64,000 nt of DNA from Patescibacteria group bacterium (GTDB lineage Bacteria > Patescibacteriota > UBA1384 > JBAYJO01), in contig JBAYJO010000002.1 in the NCBI GenBank assembly GCA_041665085.1, forward strand, positions 83,413 to 147,412. Reading direction: 5' to 3'. The notes under the pieces were generated by a model. The model had not been told where the DNA came from. It saw only the letters and a program-made list of their open reading frames with translations, and did no database searches. Positions 44,859-54,673 of the stretch are shown here, piece after piece (within the stretch, counting starts at the first letter, position 1; the number at the start of each line of letters is the position of its first letter). Both the position numbers and the translations under genes were made by a program.

Positions 44859-47596
44859 AGAAAAATAAACTATTAATTATTGACGGCAATGCCCTGCTTC
44901 ATCGCACTTTCCATGCTATACCGCCAATGATTACTCGAAGTGGTGAACATACCAATGCGGTTTATGGTTTTATAACTATATTTTTTAAGGCATTGTCAGA
45001 AATAAAGCCTGATCTTTGCGTAATTTGTTGGGATGAGGGAAAGAAAACTTTTAGACACAAAGAATATAAAGAATATAAAGCCACGCGAGTTAAACAAGCT
45101 GATGAACTCTATTCGCAGCTTAGTAGAACTCGCGAAATTATGGATTTAATGGATATTCCAAATTATTCCTCTCCTGATTTTGAAGCTGATGATCTTATTG
45201 CAACATTAACCGAGCAAGCTAAATTGAAAAATATTGAAACCATAATTTTAACCGGAGATTTGGATTCTCTGCAGCTGGTTGAAGATGATAAGGTTAAAAT
45301 TTACACAATGCGAAAAGGTATTTCAGATATTGTAATTTACAATGAGGCAGCGGTTAAGGAAAGATATGGTGGACTTGGACCGGAAAAGATGATTGAGTAT
45401 AAAGCTATGAGGGGCGATCCGTCTGATAATATTAAAGGACTTGCGGGAATTGGCGAAAAAACTGCTATTACTCTTTTGGCTGAATATGGCGATATTGAAA
45501 ATATTTATGAAAATCTTGATAAATTAGCTCCAAAAACCAGAGAAATATTTGCTCAAAATAAAGAAACCTTAGAGGAAAATAAATATCTTGTAACAATGGT
45601 TAAAGATGCACCGGTAACATTTGACGAAAAAAAATCTGAACTTCGTAAATTTGATCGAGAAAAAGTGGCAAAATTGTTTCAAGAACTTGAGTTTAAAACT
45701 TTGCTTTCTCGCCTGCCCTATTTTGAAACTAAAAATGCTGATCAAATCGGACTTTTTTCTGAAAAAAAAGAAAGCAGTGAGAATAAAGTTATTAATAAAA
45801 ATTATGAGTTAGTTGCAAATATTGATGATTTAGTTACAAAATTAGAAGCGCAAGATCTTATTTGTTTTGATACGGAAACCAATGATCTCTATGGTGAGCT
45901 TGTTGGGATATCCTTTGCTTTTAAAGAAGATTCAGCATTTTATGTCCCAACTCTTGAGCATAAACAGGAAATTTTAGATAAATTGAGACCGATTTTCAGC
46001 AGCAGCAAAATCAAAAAAGTGGGCCATAATTTGAAGTATGATTATAAGGTAATGAAGCAAGAAGGAGTTGAGGTTGAGTCTCTCTATTTTGATTCAATGA
46101 TTGCGTCTTATGTTTTGCATCCGCATTATAATTCTCATTCAATGGATAACCTTGCTTTTACTGAACTGGGATATGAAACTATGCCTCTTTCTGCTCTTTT
46201 TGATATGGGTGATGGCAAAAAGGCAAAAATTGGAGATATGAGAAAAGTTGATTTGGACTTAATTTCTCAATATTCTTGTGAGGACGCTGATATTACTTTA
46301 AGGTTGGTTAATAGATTTAATAAAGAATTAGATGAGCATCCAAAGCTAAAGAAGTTGTTTTTTGAGGTTGAAATGCCTCTTGTTAAAATACTTTCTGATA
46401 TTGAGCTTCAAGGAATTAAAATTGATGTTGATTTACTAAAGAAAATGAGCAAAGAAATGCACTTCGAGCTTGGAAAAATCGAATTGGATATTTATGATAT
46501 AGCCGGTCGAAAGTTCAATATTAATTCAACCCAGCAGCTTAAAGATGTGCTTTTTAATACTTTGTGTATCAATTCCAACCAGATGAAAAAAACAAAAACC
46601 GGTATTTCAACAGCTGCATCTGAACTTGAGAAATTACGAGGTCAGCATCCAATTATTGAGCAGATTTTTCGTTATCGCGAACTTTCAAAATTAACCAATA
46701 CTTATATTGATGCTTTACCGGAACTGGTTGATAAAAACGACAGAGTTCATACAAGTTTTAATCAGACTCTGACATCAACCGGAAGGTTTTCATCAAGCGA
46801 ACCAAATCTGCAAAATATTCCGATTAGAACTGATGAGGGAAAGAAAATTAGGTCGGCTTTTATTGCCGATAATGGTTATAAATTGATTTCTGCTGATTAT
46901 TCTCAAATTGAACTTCGGGTTGCTGCTGCCATGTCAGGAGATAAAGAAATGATTAAAGCGTTCAAATCAGGTAAAGATTTTCATGCCATTACAGCTTCAG
47001 AAGTACTGGATGTGCCCCTTGAAATGGTTGATCAAGAGATGCGTCGTAGGGCAAAAGCAATAAATTTTGGTATGATTTACGGTCAGTCCCCGCATGGATT
47101 ATCTGAAGCAACAGAGATGACGCATGAAGAAGCAAGAGATTATATTGATAAATATTTTGTTCATTTTCATGAACTTAAGAAATTTTTAGATAATTGCGTT
47201 GAAGAGGCGCATAAGAAGGGTTATACAGAAACTTTTTTAGGTAGAAGACGATATGTGCCGGAGATAAATTCAAGTATTTTTCCTATCAGAAGTGCAGCTG
47301 AAAGAGTGGCGCTTAATACTCCGCTTCAGGGAACAGCGGCTGATATTATTAAGATCGCAATGGTTAAATCTTATGACTTTATTTCAAATAATTCGGATTT
47401 TAAGGATGTGAAGTTATTGCTTACGGTTCATGATGAACTTGTTTTTGAATGTCCTGAATCTCGAGTAAAAAATTTTGTTCCTGAAATTAAGAGAATTATG
47501 GAAAATGCACTTGATCTGGGTGTTTCACTTGATGCAGAGGTGAAGGTTGGGCGTGATTGGGGGACGTTAGAGTCCATAAAGTTAGAAAGTTTATAA
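44855..47596 (+). CDS. polA: DNA polymerase I
   Basis: 5'-3' exonuclease (FEADD, GDPSDN), FDTET, PNLQNIP, DYSQIELR, VHDEL. Confidence 0.97.
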   Translation: MKKNKLLIIDGNALLHRTFHAIPPMITRSGEHTNAVYGFITIFFKALSEIKPDLCVICWDEGKKTFRHKEYKEYKATRVKQADELYSQLSRTREIMDLMDIPNYSSPDFEADDLIATLTEQAKLKNIETIILTGDLDSLQLVEDDKVKIYTMRKGISDIVIYNEAAVKERYGGLGPEKMIEYKAMRGDPSDNIKGLAGIGEKTAITLLAEYGDIENIYENLDKLAPKTREIFAQNKETLEENKYLVTMVKDAPVTFDEKKSELRKFDREKVAKLFQELEFKTLLSRLPYFETKNADQIGLFSEKKESSENKVINKNYELVANIDDLVTKLEAQDLICFDTETNDLYGELVGISFAFKEDSAFYVPTLEHKQEILDKLRPIFSSSKIKKVGHNLKYDYKVMKQEGVEVESLYFDSMIASYVLHPHYNSHSMDNLAFTELGYETMPLSALFDMGDGKKAKIGDMRKVDLDLISQYSCEDADITLRLVNRFNKELDEHPKLKKLFFEVEMPLVKILSDIELQGIKIDVDLLKKMSKEMHFELGKIELDIYDIAGRKFNINSTQQLKDVLFNTLCINSNQMKKTKTGISTAASELEKLRGQHPIIEQIFRYRELSKLTNTYIDALPELVDKNDRVHTSFNQTLTSTGRFSSSEPNLQNIPIRTDEGKKIRSAFIADNGYKLISADYSQIELRVAAAMSGDKEMIKAFKSGKDFHAITASEVLDVPLEMVDQEMRRRAKAINFGMIYGQSPHGLSEATEMTHEEARDYIDKYFVHFHELKKFLDNCVEEAHKKGYTETFLGRRRYVPEINSSIFPIRSAAERVALNTPLQGTAADIIKIAMVKSYDFISNNSDFKDVKLLLTVHDELVFECPESRVKNFVPEIKRIMENALDLGVSLDAEVKVGRDWGTLESIKLESL

Positions 47597-47622
47597 AGTT
47601 TGTAAAGTTGATGACCAGATTT

Positions 47623-47665
47623 GTCATTCCAGACAGGAAGTGGAACGCTCCTGATCTGGAATCTA
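47623..47665. repeat. REP-like element
   Basis: GTCATTCCAGAC...GATCTGGAATCTA. Confidence 0.7.
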
Positions 47666-47731
47666 TATTATAATTTTATAATTTTTTTTATTTTCTGAAA
47701 AAGGTCAAAATAAATAATGTTTTAAATATGG

Positions 47732-47764
47732 AAAGGGCGGGAAGATTAGATCTTCCCGCCCTTT
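47732..47764. terminator. Bidirectional intrinsic terminator
   Basis: AAAGGGCGGGAAGATTAGATCTTCCCGCCCTTT. Confidence 0.8.
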
Positions 47765-47776
47765 GTCGTGCGGTTG

Positions 47777-48343
47777 TTACCGCTTGCGACGCCACGTGGC
47801 GCCTGCGAGTCCGATGAAGCCGGTTAGGAGTGTTACGATGTTCCCCGGCTCCGGAACAGGATTGGCGAAGATGTCGAGGGTATATGGCTTGTCTGATGGA
47901 ATACTGATGCTCCCTGCTTTCGTCAGATCAAGCCATATAGTCGTTGATCCTTGATCTATCTCGCCATAAACACTGAATTGCGGCCATAGGTCGCCTTCTT
48001 GGTAGAAGTAGACTGGTTGCCAATTGTATGTCTTCCAAGACAGGATGAACTGTGACGGAGCGCTTGGAATTGGCGTGATTGACATTGTCTCTGTGAATGG
48101 CGCCGTCGATCCGTAATGGATCTGTGCGCCGAATCCACCTTCGAGTGAAGCGTTCACGCTTCCCGTGATAGGAAGTATGTGAAATCCGTAGGCGTAGTCG
48201 TTACCACCAACGGTAACTTTGCCGGATGAACAGTTGATCGTGAAATCGACTGCCCAGCCCTTGTAGGAAGGTTCGCCAGCGAAAGCCGGCATGGAAATGA
48301 GACTGATGAGAAGAACGACGAGAACTGTGAATCTGGTTTTCAA
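47777..48343 (-). CDS. PEP-CTERM sorting-domain secreted protein (GC-rich)
   Basis: Signal peptide ending AFA; C-terminal VPEPG-TM-RRKR; TTG start after AAGGAGG. Confidence 0.85.
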   Translation of the reverse strand: MKTRFTVLVVLLISLISMPAFAGEPSYKGWAVDFTINCSSGKVTVGGNDYAYGFHILPITGSVNASLEGGFGAQIHYGSTAPFTETMSITPIPSAPSQFILSWKTYNWQPVYFYQEGDLWPQFSVYGEIDQGSTTIWLDLTKAGSISIPSDKPYTLDIFANPVPEPGNIVTLLTGFIGLAGATWRRKR

Positions 48344-48478
48344 TGTATCCTCCTTGAGCCTCGGGCTTTAAGCCCCGCAGGCGCGCTCCCAAACTTCAGA
48401 GCTAAACTGCCGGCAATTAGAGCTTTCACTCTTAGAGTTCGTTGTCGGCAAATTAGCTCCTTGTTTAAGTAACGGTTT

Positions 48479-48507
48479 AATATACCATATCTTTATGCTT
48501 TTGTCAA
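48479..48507 (-). promoter_or_regulatory. Sigma70-type promoter of PEP-CTERM gene
   Basis: TTGACA-17 nt-TATATT on minus strand. Confidence 0.65.
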
Positions 48508-48646
48508 GACAGTGTAAGATAAAATAGTCCATAAAGTTTGTAAAGCGCCTCGTTGGCGCTCGCCGTAGAGGCGAGTTCATAAAGTGGAAAGTTTTTAGTT
48601 TAAGTTATGGTTTTAAGATTAAAGTTTTAATTTTTGAGTTATATTT

Positions 48647-49630
48647 ATGGTTTATTTGATTTACGGTGAAGACAATTACAGGAGCGGAAAAAAACTCGAA
48701 GCAATAAAAGAAAAATATCGCTCTACTTGCGGCGATATGAATTTGGTTGAGATCGACGCAACCGAAGCAAATTATGATTTTCTGATTAATCAGATATCGG
48801 CCTCTCCTTTTTTAGCAAATAAGAGGTTGGTTATTATTAAATATTTATCTAGATCAGATCCAAAACTCAAGGAGAGGCTATTGGCTCATCTGAAAAAGAT
48901 ACCAGATTCAACAGTTCTGTTTTTTTATGAAGAATCAATTGATCGGCGCACGAATTTTTTAGATATTTTCATTAAGGCAAAGATTCCAATAGAAGAATTT
49001 ACTGCTTTAAGTCAAATTAAATTAAAAAATTGGATTAAATCAGAGTTTGAACCATCGGGTGTAAATATTACTTCTAGCGCGCTTGAGAAATTAATTTCAT
49101 CTTCAGGCAGCAATCTTTGGAATATGGGGGAAGATATTAAAAAAATAATTAATTATAAGGTGGGACAAAAACATTTTAAGACTGCAGAAAGTTTAGATGT
49201 GACAGAAAAAGATGTTTCTTTGCTGGTAAAGGAAACGATCGAAGTTAATGTATTTCATTATGTTGATTTTTTAATTTCAGGAGATTTGAAAAAATCACTC
49301 GATTATTTGCAGGTATTGCTTTCAAGCAAAGAGGAGCCGATTAGACTTCTCGGTTTAATTGTAAGTCAATTTAGAAGTTTGATTATGATTAAAGATTTAT
49401 TAGATAATAATTCGGGAATAACTTCCGGTATGGTTGCGAAACAAACCGGAATAAATCCTTATGTGGTTTCAAAATTTGTTGGGCGTGCAAAAATGGTTCA
49501 GATGAAATCATTAAAGGAAAAATATAACAGATTATATGAGTGTGATAAGGCAATGAAGACTGGTAAAATCGAGCCGAATTTGGCATTATATTTGCTCACA
49601 GTGCGTCTCTGTGATAATTTTAATAAGTAA
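48647..49630 (+). CDS. holA: DNA polymerase III delta subunit
   Basis: VYLIYGED, SPFLANKRLVII, D..MKTG. Confidence 0.88.
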   Translation: MVYLIYGEDNYRSGKKLEAIKEKYRSTCGDMNLVEIDATEANYDFLINQISASPFLANKRLVIIKYLSRSDPKLKERLLAHLKKIPDSTVLFFYEESIDRRTNFLDIFIKAKIPIEEFTALSQIKLKNWIKSEFEPSGVNITSSALEKLISSSGSNLWNMGEDIKKIINYKVGQKHFKTAESLDVTEKDVSLLVKETIEVNVFHYVDFLISGDLKKSLDYLQVLLSSKEEPIRLLGLIVSQFRSLIMIKDLLDNNSGITSGMVAKQTGINPYVVSKFVGRAKMVQMKSLKEKYNRLYECDKAMKTGKIEPNLALYLLTVRLCDNFNK

Positions 49631-49665
49631 GAAAGATTTTAAATCGCGAGCTATCAAGGAGCGGG

Positions 49666-51186
49666 ATGGATTTTTGGCAAGCACTAAAAATTGTAATTAA
49701 GCAGTCGGGCTTTTATAAAAAGCAGATGATTTTTACTTCATTTGTTTTTTTGTTTGTTTTTGGCGGAATTATTTTTTTCAGAAGCCAATCATTTAATGCG
49801 GCTGAACTTATGAATGATAATAAAACTGATTCTATGTATGGTGAAAGTAATTTTCATTTAACTGTTGAAAAAAATGGCAATGTTTTAGCTGAAGGAAAAA
49901 AATTTAAGAAAATTAATGTTCAGGAAGATTCAGATGTTTTTCATTGGGAGGTTTTAACCGGTAGTAATGAATATATTAGTCGAATGAATATTTATATGGC
50001 ATTACCGGACAATATTTTAGCAAGTGAAGTGAAGCCAAGAATAATTGATCTAAATTATACCAGTAATTCAGGGACGAAAAACTTGGATGATCATACGGTA
50101 TTGTATTATTTTGATGGGATTGGGATGAATAGTAACTTAACTATAGAAATGGAAATTCCAAAAGGAAAGATTAATTATCCATTTACTCAAGTGGCATATA
50201 ATTATCTTTTTGTTCAGAATGTTAACTGGTGGCTTTACGCTAGTGCTATATTGGCAATAATATCTTTCATCCTTATTACTATTTTGTTGCAAAGAAGAGT
50301 TTTGCTAAATAGATCGGATGCTCCGCGTTACGCATTGGATCATTTGCCTTCAGATCTTCCTCCAGCAGTAGTTTCAGTGCTTAAGAATGGTAGGGTGGGT
50401 TCACGAGATATTGCCGCAACTCTGGTTGATTTGGCGCAAAGAGGGTTTATCAATATTTATTCAAGAGGTGCTGATACTTTTACTTTTGGAAAAAGCAGCA
50501 AGCTCGGTTCGGCTAACCCGGTTGGACTTAGAAATTATGAACAAGTGCTTTTAAGTAAAATATTTAGCGAAAGTTACAAAAGTACCAAAGAAGATATTCA
50601 GATGAGGATTGGAAGACATATTTTTTCGCGTAAAATTGCGGAGGTTTATTTTTTGATTTACGAATCAGCAATGAGTTATGGTTTTTTTGAGGAAAATCCC
50701 CAACTGATACATAGAAAATACAAATTGGGTGGGATTTTGATTTTCTTTTTCTCAATGTTTGGGTTTATTGCGACTTTGTTTTTAGATATGGCGCCGGAGT
50801 ATAGCATGTTTGCATGGTTTGCGATTATGGTTTGCGCAATGTACATTGTTAAACTGTCCAGTAAGGTTATGCCTCGAAGAACCAGTCTCGGCAATACTGT
50901 CAGAAAAGAGTGGTTGGCTTATGAAAATTATATCTGTGAGAAGAAACCAATCCCGTTTAATCAGGATTTGACAGCGCTGTTTTCCAAGAATTTACCTTAT
51001 GCGATTATCTTGGGAAAAGAAGTTGAATGGACAGAAAGATTTCTTTCTTATCCTTTCTGTTTGCCTTCGTGGCTTGATTCAACCGAGCAGATAATAAGTT
51101 TAGATCAATTTGTAAATCATCTATTTCCATTGGTTGGATATGTCGGTATCTCTTTAGATGAGGTTCACGAACCAACAGTTGATTAA
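49666..51186 (+). CDS. DUF2207-family membrane protein
   Basis: LPPAVV, IAATLVDLAQRGFI, LPYAIILG..W. Confidence 0.75.
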   Translation: MDFWQALKIVIKQSGFYKKQMIFTSFVFLFVFGGIIFFRSQSFNAAELMNDNKTDSMYGESNFHLTVEKNGNVLAEGKKFKKINVQEDSDVFHWEVLTGSNEYISRMNIYMALPDNILASEVKPRIIDLNYTSNSGTKNLDDHTVLYYFDGIGMNSNLTIEMEIPKGKINYPFTQVAYNYLFVQNVNWWLYASAILAIISFILITILLQRRVLLNRSDAPRYALDHLPSDLPPAVVSVLKNGRVGSRDIAATLVDLAQRGFINIYSRGADTFTFGKSSKLGSANPVGLRNYEQVLLSKIFSESYKSTKEDIQMRIGRHIFSRKIAEVYFLIYESAMSYGFFEENPQLIHRKYKLGGILIFFFSMFGFIATLFLDMAPEYSMFAWFAIMVCAMYIVKLSSKVMPRRTSLGNTVRKEWLAYENYICEKKPIPFNQDLTALFSKNLPYAIILGKEVEWTERFLSYPFCLPSWLDSTEQIISLDQFVNHLFPLVGYVGISLDEVHEPTVD

Positions 51187-51219
51187 ATCTAGAGTTTGTA
51201 TATTTTAATAATTTTTTTT

Positions 51220-51342
51220 GTCATTCCAGACTCCTATTTCGTCATCCTAGCGACCAGTCTCGCCGAGCCTAGGCGGAAAGCTGGGATCCAGAGAGTTTGT
51301 TTGTTTTTTATACTTCTAGATTCCAGCCTGCGCTGGAATGAC
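51220..51342. repeat. REP-like element cluster between convergent genes
   Basis: GTCATTCCAGAC; GTCATCCTAGC...GCTGGGATCCA; TAGATTCCAGCCTGCGCTGGAATGAC. Confidence 0.8.
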
Positions 51343-51407
51343 ACCAATTCTATAATGACTTTTAGAAATTAGTTAGAAATTAGGGCAATTAGAAATTAGA
51401 AATTCAT

Positions 51408-51965
51408 CTAGTACTCTGATTTAAAATGTTCAACAAGACCTATTTTTTCAATTGGCCAAATTCGTAGATATGCGCGGCCAACAATATTTTTTCTTGGAAC
51501 AGTACCCCATTTTCTAGAGTCGGACGATACACCTCTATTGTCTCCCATCACAAAATACTGATCTTGCGCAATTGTAACATCAACATAATCATTTTGTTCT
51601 AAGTATAAAGGTAGATAATCTTCAGTGTATTTTTTTCCATCAATAAATACATTTTTTCCAGTAATTTTGATATGTTCACCGGGTAGGCCGACAATTCTTT
51701 TGATAAATTTCTTCTTTGTTGGTTGCCCGGGGAATTTTAAACCTATAACATCGCCTCTTTGAGGAATTCCAAAAGTGTAACGAGTTCGGTCCACAATTAC
51801 CAATTCACCATCTTTGTAGTTCGGTTCCATGCTCGTTCCCCTGACGATTAAAAATGTGGCAAAAAAATAATTAATAATAATTAATATTGCAGCAAAAAAA
51901 ATAACACCTTTGATTAATTCATAAAGGCATCCGCTGTATAGAAATAGTTTTTTAACAGATTCTAT
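51408..51965 (-). CDS. lepB: Signal peptidase I (probable ATA start)
   Basis: GTSMEP, FIKRIVGLPGE, GDNRGVSSDSRKWG; the TM and catalytic Ser lie upstream of the first ATG in an open frame. Confidence 0.9.
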   Translation of the reverse strand: MESVKKLFLYSGCLYELIKGVIFFAAILIIINYFFATFLIVRGTSMEPNYKDGELVIVDRTRYTFGIPQRGDVIGLKFPGQPTKKKFIKRIVGLPGEHIKITGKNVFIDGKKYTEDYLPLYLEQNDYVDVTIAQDQYFVMGDNRGVSSDSRKWGTVPRKNIVGRAYLRIWPIEKIGLVEHFKSEY

Positions 51966-51983
51966 TTCCCCTCCTTATTTTTT

Positions 51984-52286
51984 TTATTTCTTTTTAGAAG
52001 CAGTTTTCTTAGCACCGGTTTTTTTAGTCGATTTTTTAACTAATTTTTTTGTAACCGCTGTTCCCTCTTTTAAAGATTTTGCAATTCTGGATTTAATTCT
52101 TGCCGCTTTGTTTTTTGAAATAATGTTATTTTTTACAGCTTTATCAATTTCTTTTTGGGTATTAGGCATTGTTTCTGTAGTTGATTCTTTTATCGCTTTT
52201 TTGTAAGCAACTTTAAGAGAAGTATTTCTTTTATTGCGAACAATTGATTGTTTTAATGCTTTTTTGGCTGATTTGATAATTGGCAA
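51984..52286 (-). CDS. rpsT: 30S ribosomal protein S20 with Lys-rich tail
   Basis: PIIKSAKKALKQS, IDKAVK, KNKAARIKSR; TTG start after AGGAG. Confidence 0.92.
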   Translation of the reverse strand: MPIIKSAKKALKQSIVRNKRNTSLKVAYKKAIKESTTETMPNTQKEIDKAVKNNIISKNKAARIKSRIAKSLKEGTAVTKKLVKKSTKKTGAKKTASKKK

Positions 52287-52496
52287 TTTAGCTCCTACAT
52301 AGATTAAAAATGTTTTTGATGTTTTAAATATACCAGATAAAATGTTTTTGGTCAATATTAGCAAGACTCGATGGCTATGTTGGGTTAAGATATGAAAAAA
52401 TGGAGCACACTATTGACTTTTTAACCGAATCGTACTAATATTGTTTAGATGTTGTAAGATATACAGTTCTGAACTCTGGACAGGAGGATTTCAGTT

Positions 52497-52949
52497 ATGT
52501 CAAAGCTAGAAGCACTTACCACCCTTCCGACAATGGTTTTACTGAAGTTTATTGAGAACTTTCGGTTTGACAAGCGAAAGGATGGTTGGGGACTCGAAGA
52601 GGATGTTGTCACCCTTGCGACTCTGAGACTGGACTCTCTCCTTCGGGAGGGTGAGTCCAGTTTGGCCGGGTACACGATAAGAGAACGAGACAAAGAGGAC
52701 GCCGAGGAAAAAGGCGTTTGTGCTGGGCAGCTCCAGGCCGAATGGATGCTTGAGCATCAGGACAAGATACCTGTTGAATGGCGGAGCTTTTATCTGGTGT
52801 TTACTGGCACCGTATGGTGTAGTCCGGGCGGTAATCCCTATGTCTCATATATGTTTTGGGGTAGCGGCGAGTGGCATCTACGCTGGGTCTCTTTCGGTCG
52901 TCGCGACCGGTATGACGACAACTTTTGTCTGGTGCGCCTCGGCAAGTAA
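52497..52949 (+). CDS. GC-rich hypothetical protein resembling CPR DGR target proteins
   Basis: IPVEWR..LVFTGT..GNPYVSYMFWGSGEW...DDNFCLVRLGK C-terminus; SD AGGAGG. Confidence 0.6.
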   Translation: MSKLEALTTLPTMVLLKFIENFRFDKRKDGWGLEEDVVTLATLRLDSLLREGESSLAGYTIRERDKEDAEEKGVCAGQLQAEWMLEHQDKIPVEWRSFYLVFTGTVWCSPGGNPYVSYMFWGSGEWHLRWVSFGRRDRYDDNFCLVRLGK

Positions 52950-53010
52950 CGTTTTGGCGCTTGGGAATTTGGGTTTTTTAGATCCTTTGACCCTTGTGTT
53001 CTTATTCTGA

Positions 53011-53040
53011 CCCTCGCTTGGTATAAATACTAGGCGGGGG
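53011..53040. terminator. Hairpin (terminator or DGR-type target hairpin)
   Basis: CCCTCGCTTGGTA-TAAA-TACTAGGCGGGGG. Confidence 0.55.
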
Positions 53041-53046
53041 CGCTTT

Positions 53047-53220
53047 TTAATTTTTTTCTTTTTTCGTCTCTTGGTATAAATTTTCGAGCTTCGATTTTAA
53101 TTTTAGTATTGTCCCATGTTTTATGAGTTTCAAATAAGACTGTCTGGTTGTTTTATTCGGAGACATAACAATTCTCTTAAATATTATCCTTTTTGTCACT
53201 GTTCGCAAAATTCGCCAAAG
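53047..53220 (-). pseudogene. C-terminal remnant of a DGR-type reverse transcriptase
   Basis: Manual translation WRILRTVTKRIIFKRIVMSPNKTTRQSYLKLIKHGTILKLK resembles the RVLRT.TK.RM..QSYLG.L.HGN thumb of CPR DGR RTs; no YxDD core present. Confidence 0.55.
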
Positions 53221-53393
53221 CCTTGAACATGGGTGTATTGATCTGCCACCTGTTTTTATAGTGCCGCATTTATTAAATTTTGATTAGTTAATTCTTGACT
53301 GAACCGGTTTTTTTGTTATACTGAATATGTCATGAGGGGCAATTAAGGACTGTAAATAGTCCGGATAGCCTCTTTTTTTAACTAAATTTATAT

Positions 53394-54587
53394 ATGGAAA
53401 CAACTCTAAATACAAAACAACAGGTTTCAGAGCTGATAAAGCACAGCCAAAAGATTTTGATTCTCACCCATACTGATCCGGATGGCGACGCGATTGGATC
53501 TCTTTTAGCGTTGACTTTAATTCTTAAACAAATGGGAAAAGATGTTACTGCTGCTTACGGAGGGCTTTTATCTCCAGCTTATTCTTATTTGCCTCTTACA
53601 CATGTGACCAATAACTTTGTTGTAAATAAAGATTTTATTATTAAAATTGATACTGAAAATACAAAAATTGATCGGATATCTTATCGAGAGTCAGAAGAAA
53701 AAAAAGATCAACTAAATTTGGTAATTACTCCGACTCAAGGTAGATTTGAAGCTAAAAATATTAGTTTTGAAGAAGGTAAGGCTAAATATGATTTGATTTG
53801 TTTGCTTGATTGCTCTGAAGAAAGTCGTACTGGAGCTATTTATCGGGAAAATCCGGAATTATTTGAAGAAACCCCAATTGTAAATATTGATCATCATCTT
53901 ACTAATACTCATTTTGGCAAAGCAAATTTACACGATCTAAATGCAACTTCAACCTGTGAAATTTTAGTGTCTTTGGCTGAATCATTAAGCAGGGAGAAAA
54001 ATTTGGTTAACGCCGAGATCGCAACATGTCTTCTTACCGGTTTGATTACCGATACGGATAGTTTTCAAAATGATAATACAACACCAAAATCATTTACTGT
54101 GGCAGCTCAATTGGTTGCGGCCGGGGCAGATCAGCAGAAAATTATTCAAAAAGTTTATATGTCCAAATCTTTCCCTGTTCTTAAGGTGTGGGGTAAAATT
54201 CTTTCCAGTTTGACTGAAGAAGAAGAGAACTTTGTATGGGCAAAAATTAATCAAATAGAACTAAAAGAATGCGGTGCAGATAGTACCGCAGTAGAAGGGG
54301 TAAACAATGAGCTTTTAAGAACTGTTCCAGAATCAGATTTTTCCCTTTTACTTACTGAAAGAGAAGATCAAAAAGTTTATGGCAGTTTAAGGTCAATTAA
54401 TAAAAGTTTTAATGTGTCAGAAGTAGCAAAAATTTTCAATGGAGGCGGACATGCTGTTGCTTCGGGATTTCATATAGATAAGCCTTTTAATCAGGCATGC
54501 GAAGAAGCTATCTCGTCAATTAAAGAATATCTTGTAAAATTGAAAAAAGATACTCGAGTCGGAGAAAATAATATTAATGAAATCTAG
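53394..54587 (+). CDS. nrnA: DHH-family phosphoesterase (NrnA-like)
   Basis: HTDPDGDAIGS, NIDHH, TDT, SLRS, GGGH. Confidence 0.85.
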   Translation: METTLNTKQQVSELIKHSQKILILTHTDPDGDAIGSLLALTLILKQMGKDVTAAYGGLLSPAYSYLPLTHVTNNFVVNKDFIIKIDTENTKIDRISYRESEEKKDQLNLVITPTQGRFEAKNISFEEGKAKYDLICLLDCSEESRTGAIYRENPELFEETPIVNIDHHLTNTHFGKANLHDLNATSTCEILVSLAESLSREKNLVNAEIATCLLTGLITDTDSFQNDNTTPKSFTVAAQLVAAGADQQKIIQKVYMSKSFPVLKVWGKILSSLTEEEENFVWAKINQIELKECGADSTAVEGVNNELLRTVPESDFSLLLTEREDQKVYGSLRSINKSFNVSEVAKIFNGGGHAVASGFHIDKPFNQACEEAISSIKEYLVKLKKDTRVGENNINEI

Positions 54588-54673
54588 TTTGGTAGAACTT
54601 ATTTGGTAGAACTATTGCAAAATATTTTAATCTATGATACAATTCTAATTGTTAAACATTAAGTACTAAAAAA

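Noticed and set aside
52720-53010. 96-aa alternate-frame ORF as avd or TR product
   Set aside because: Overlaps the target gene; no four-helix-bundle features and not AAC-rich
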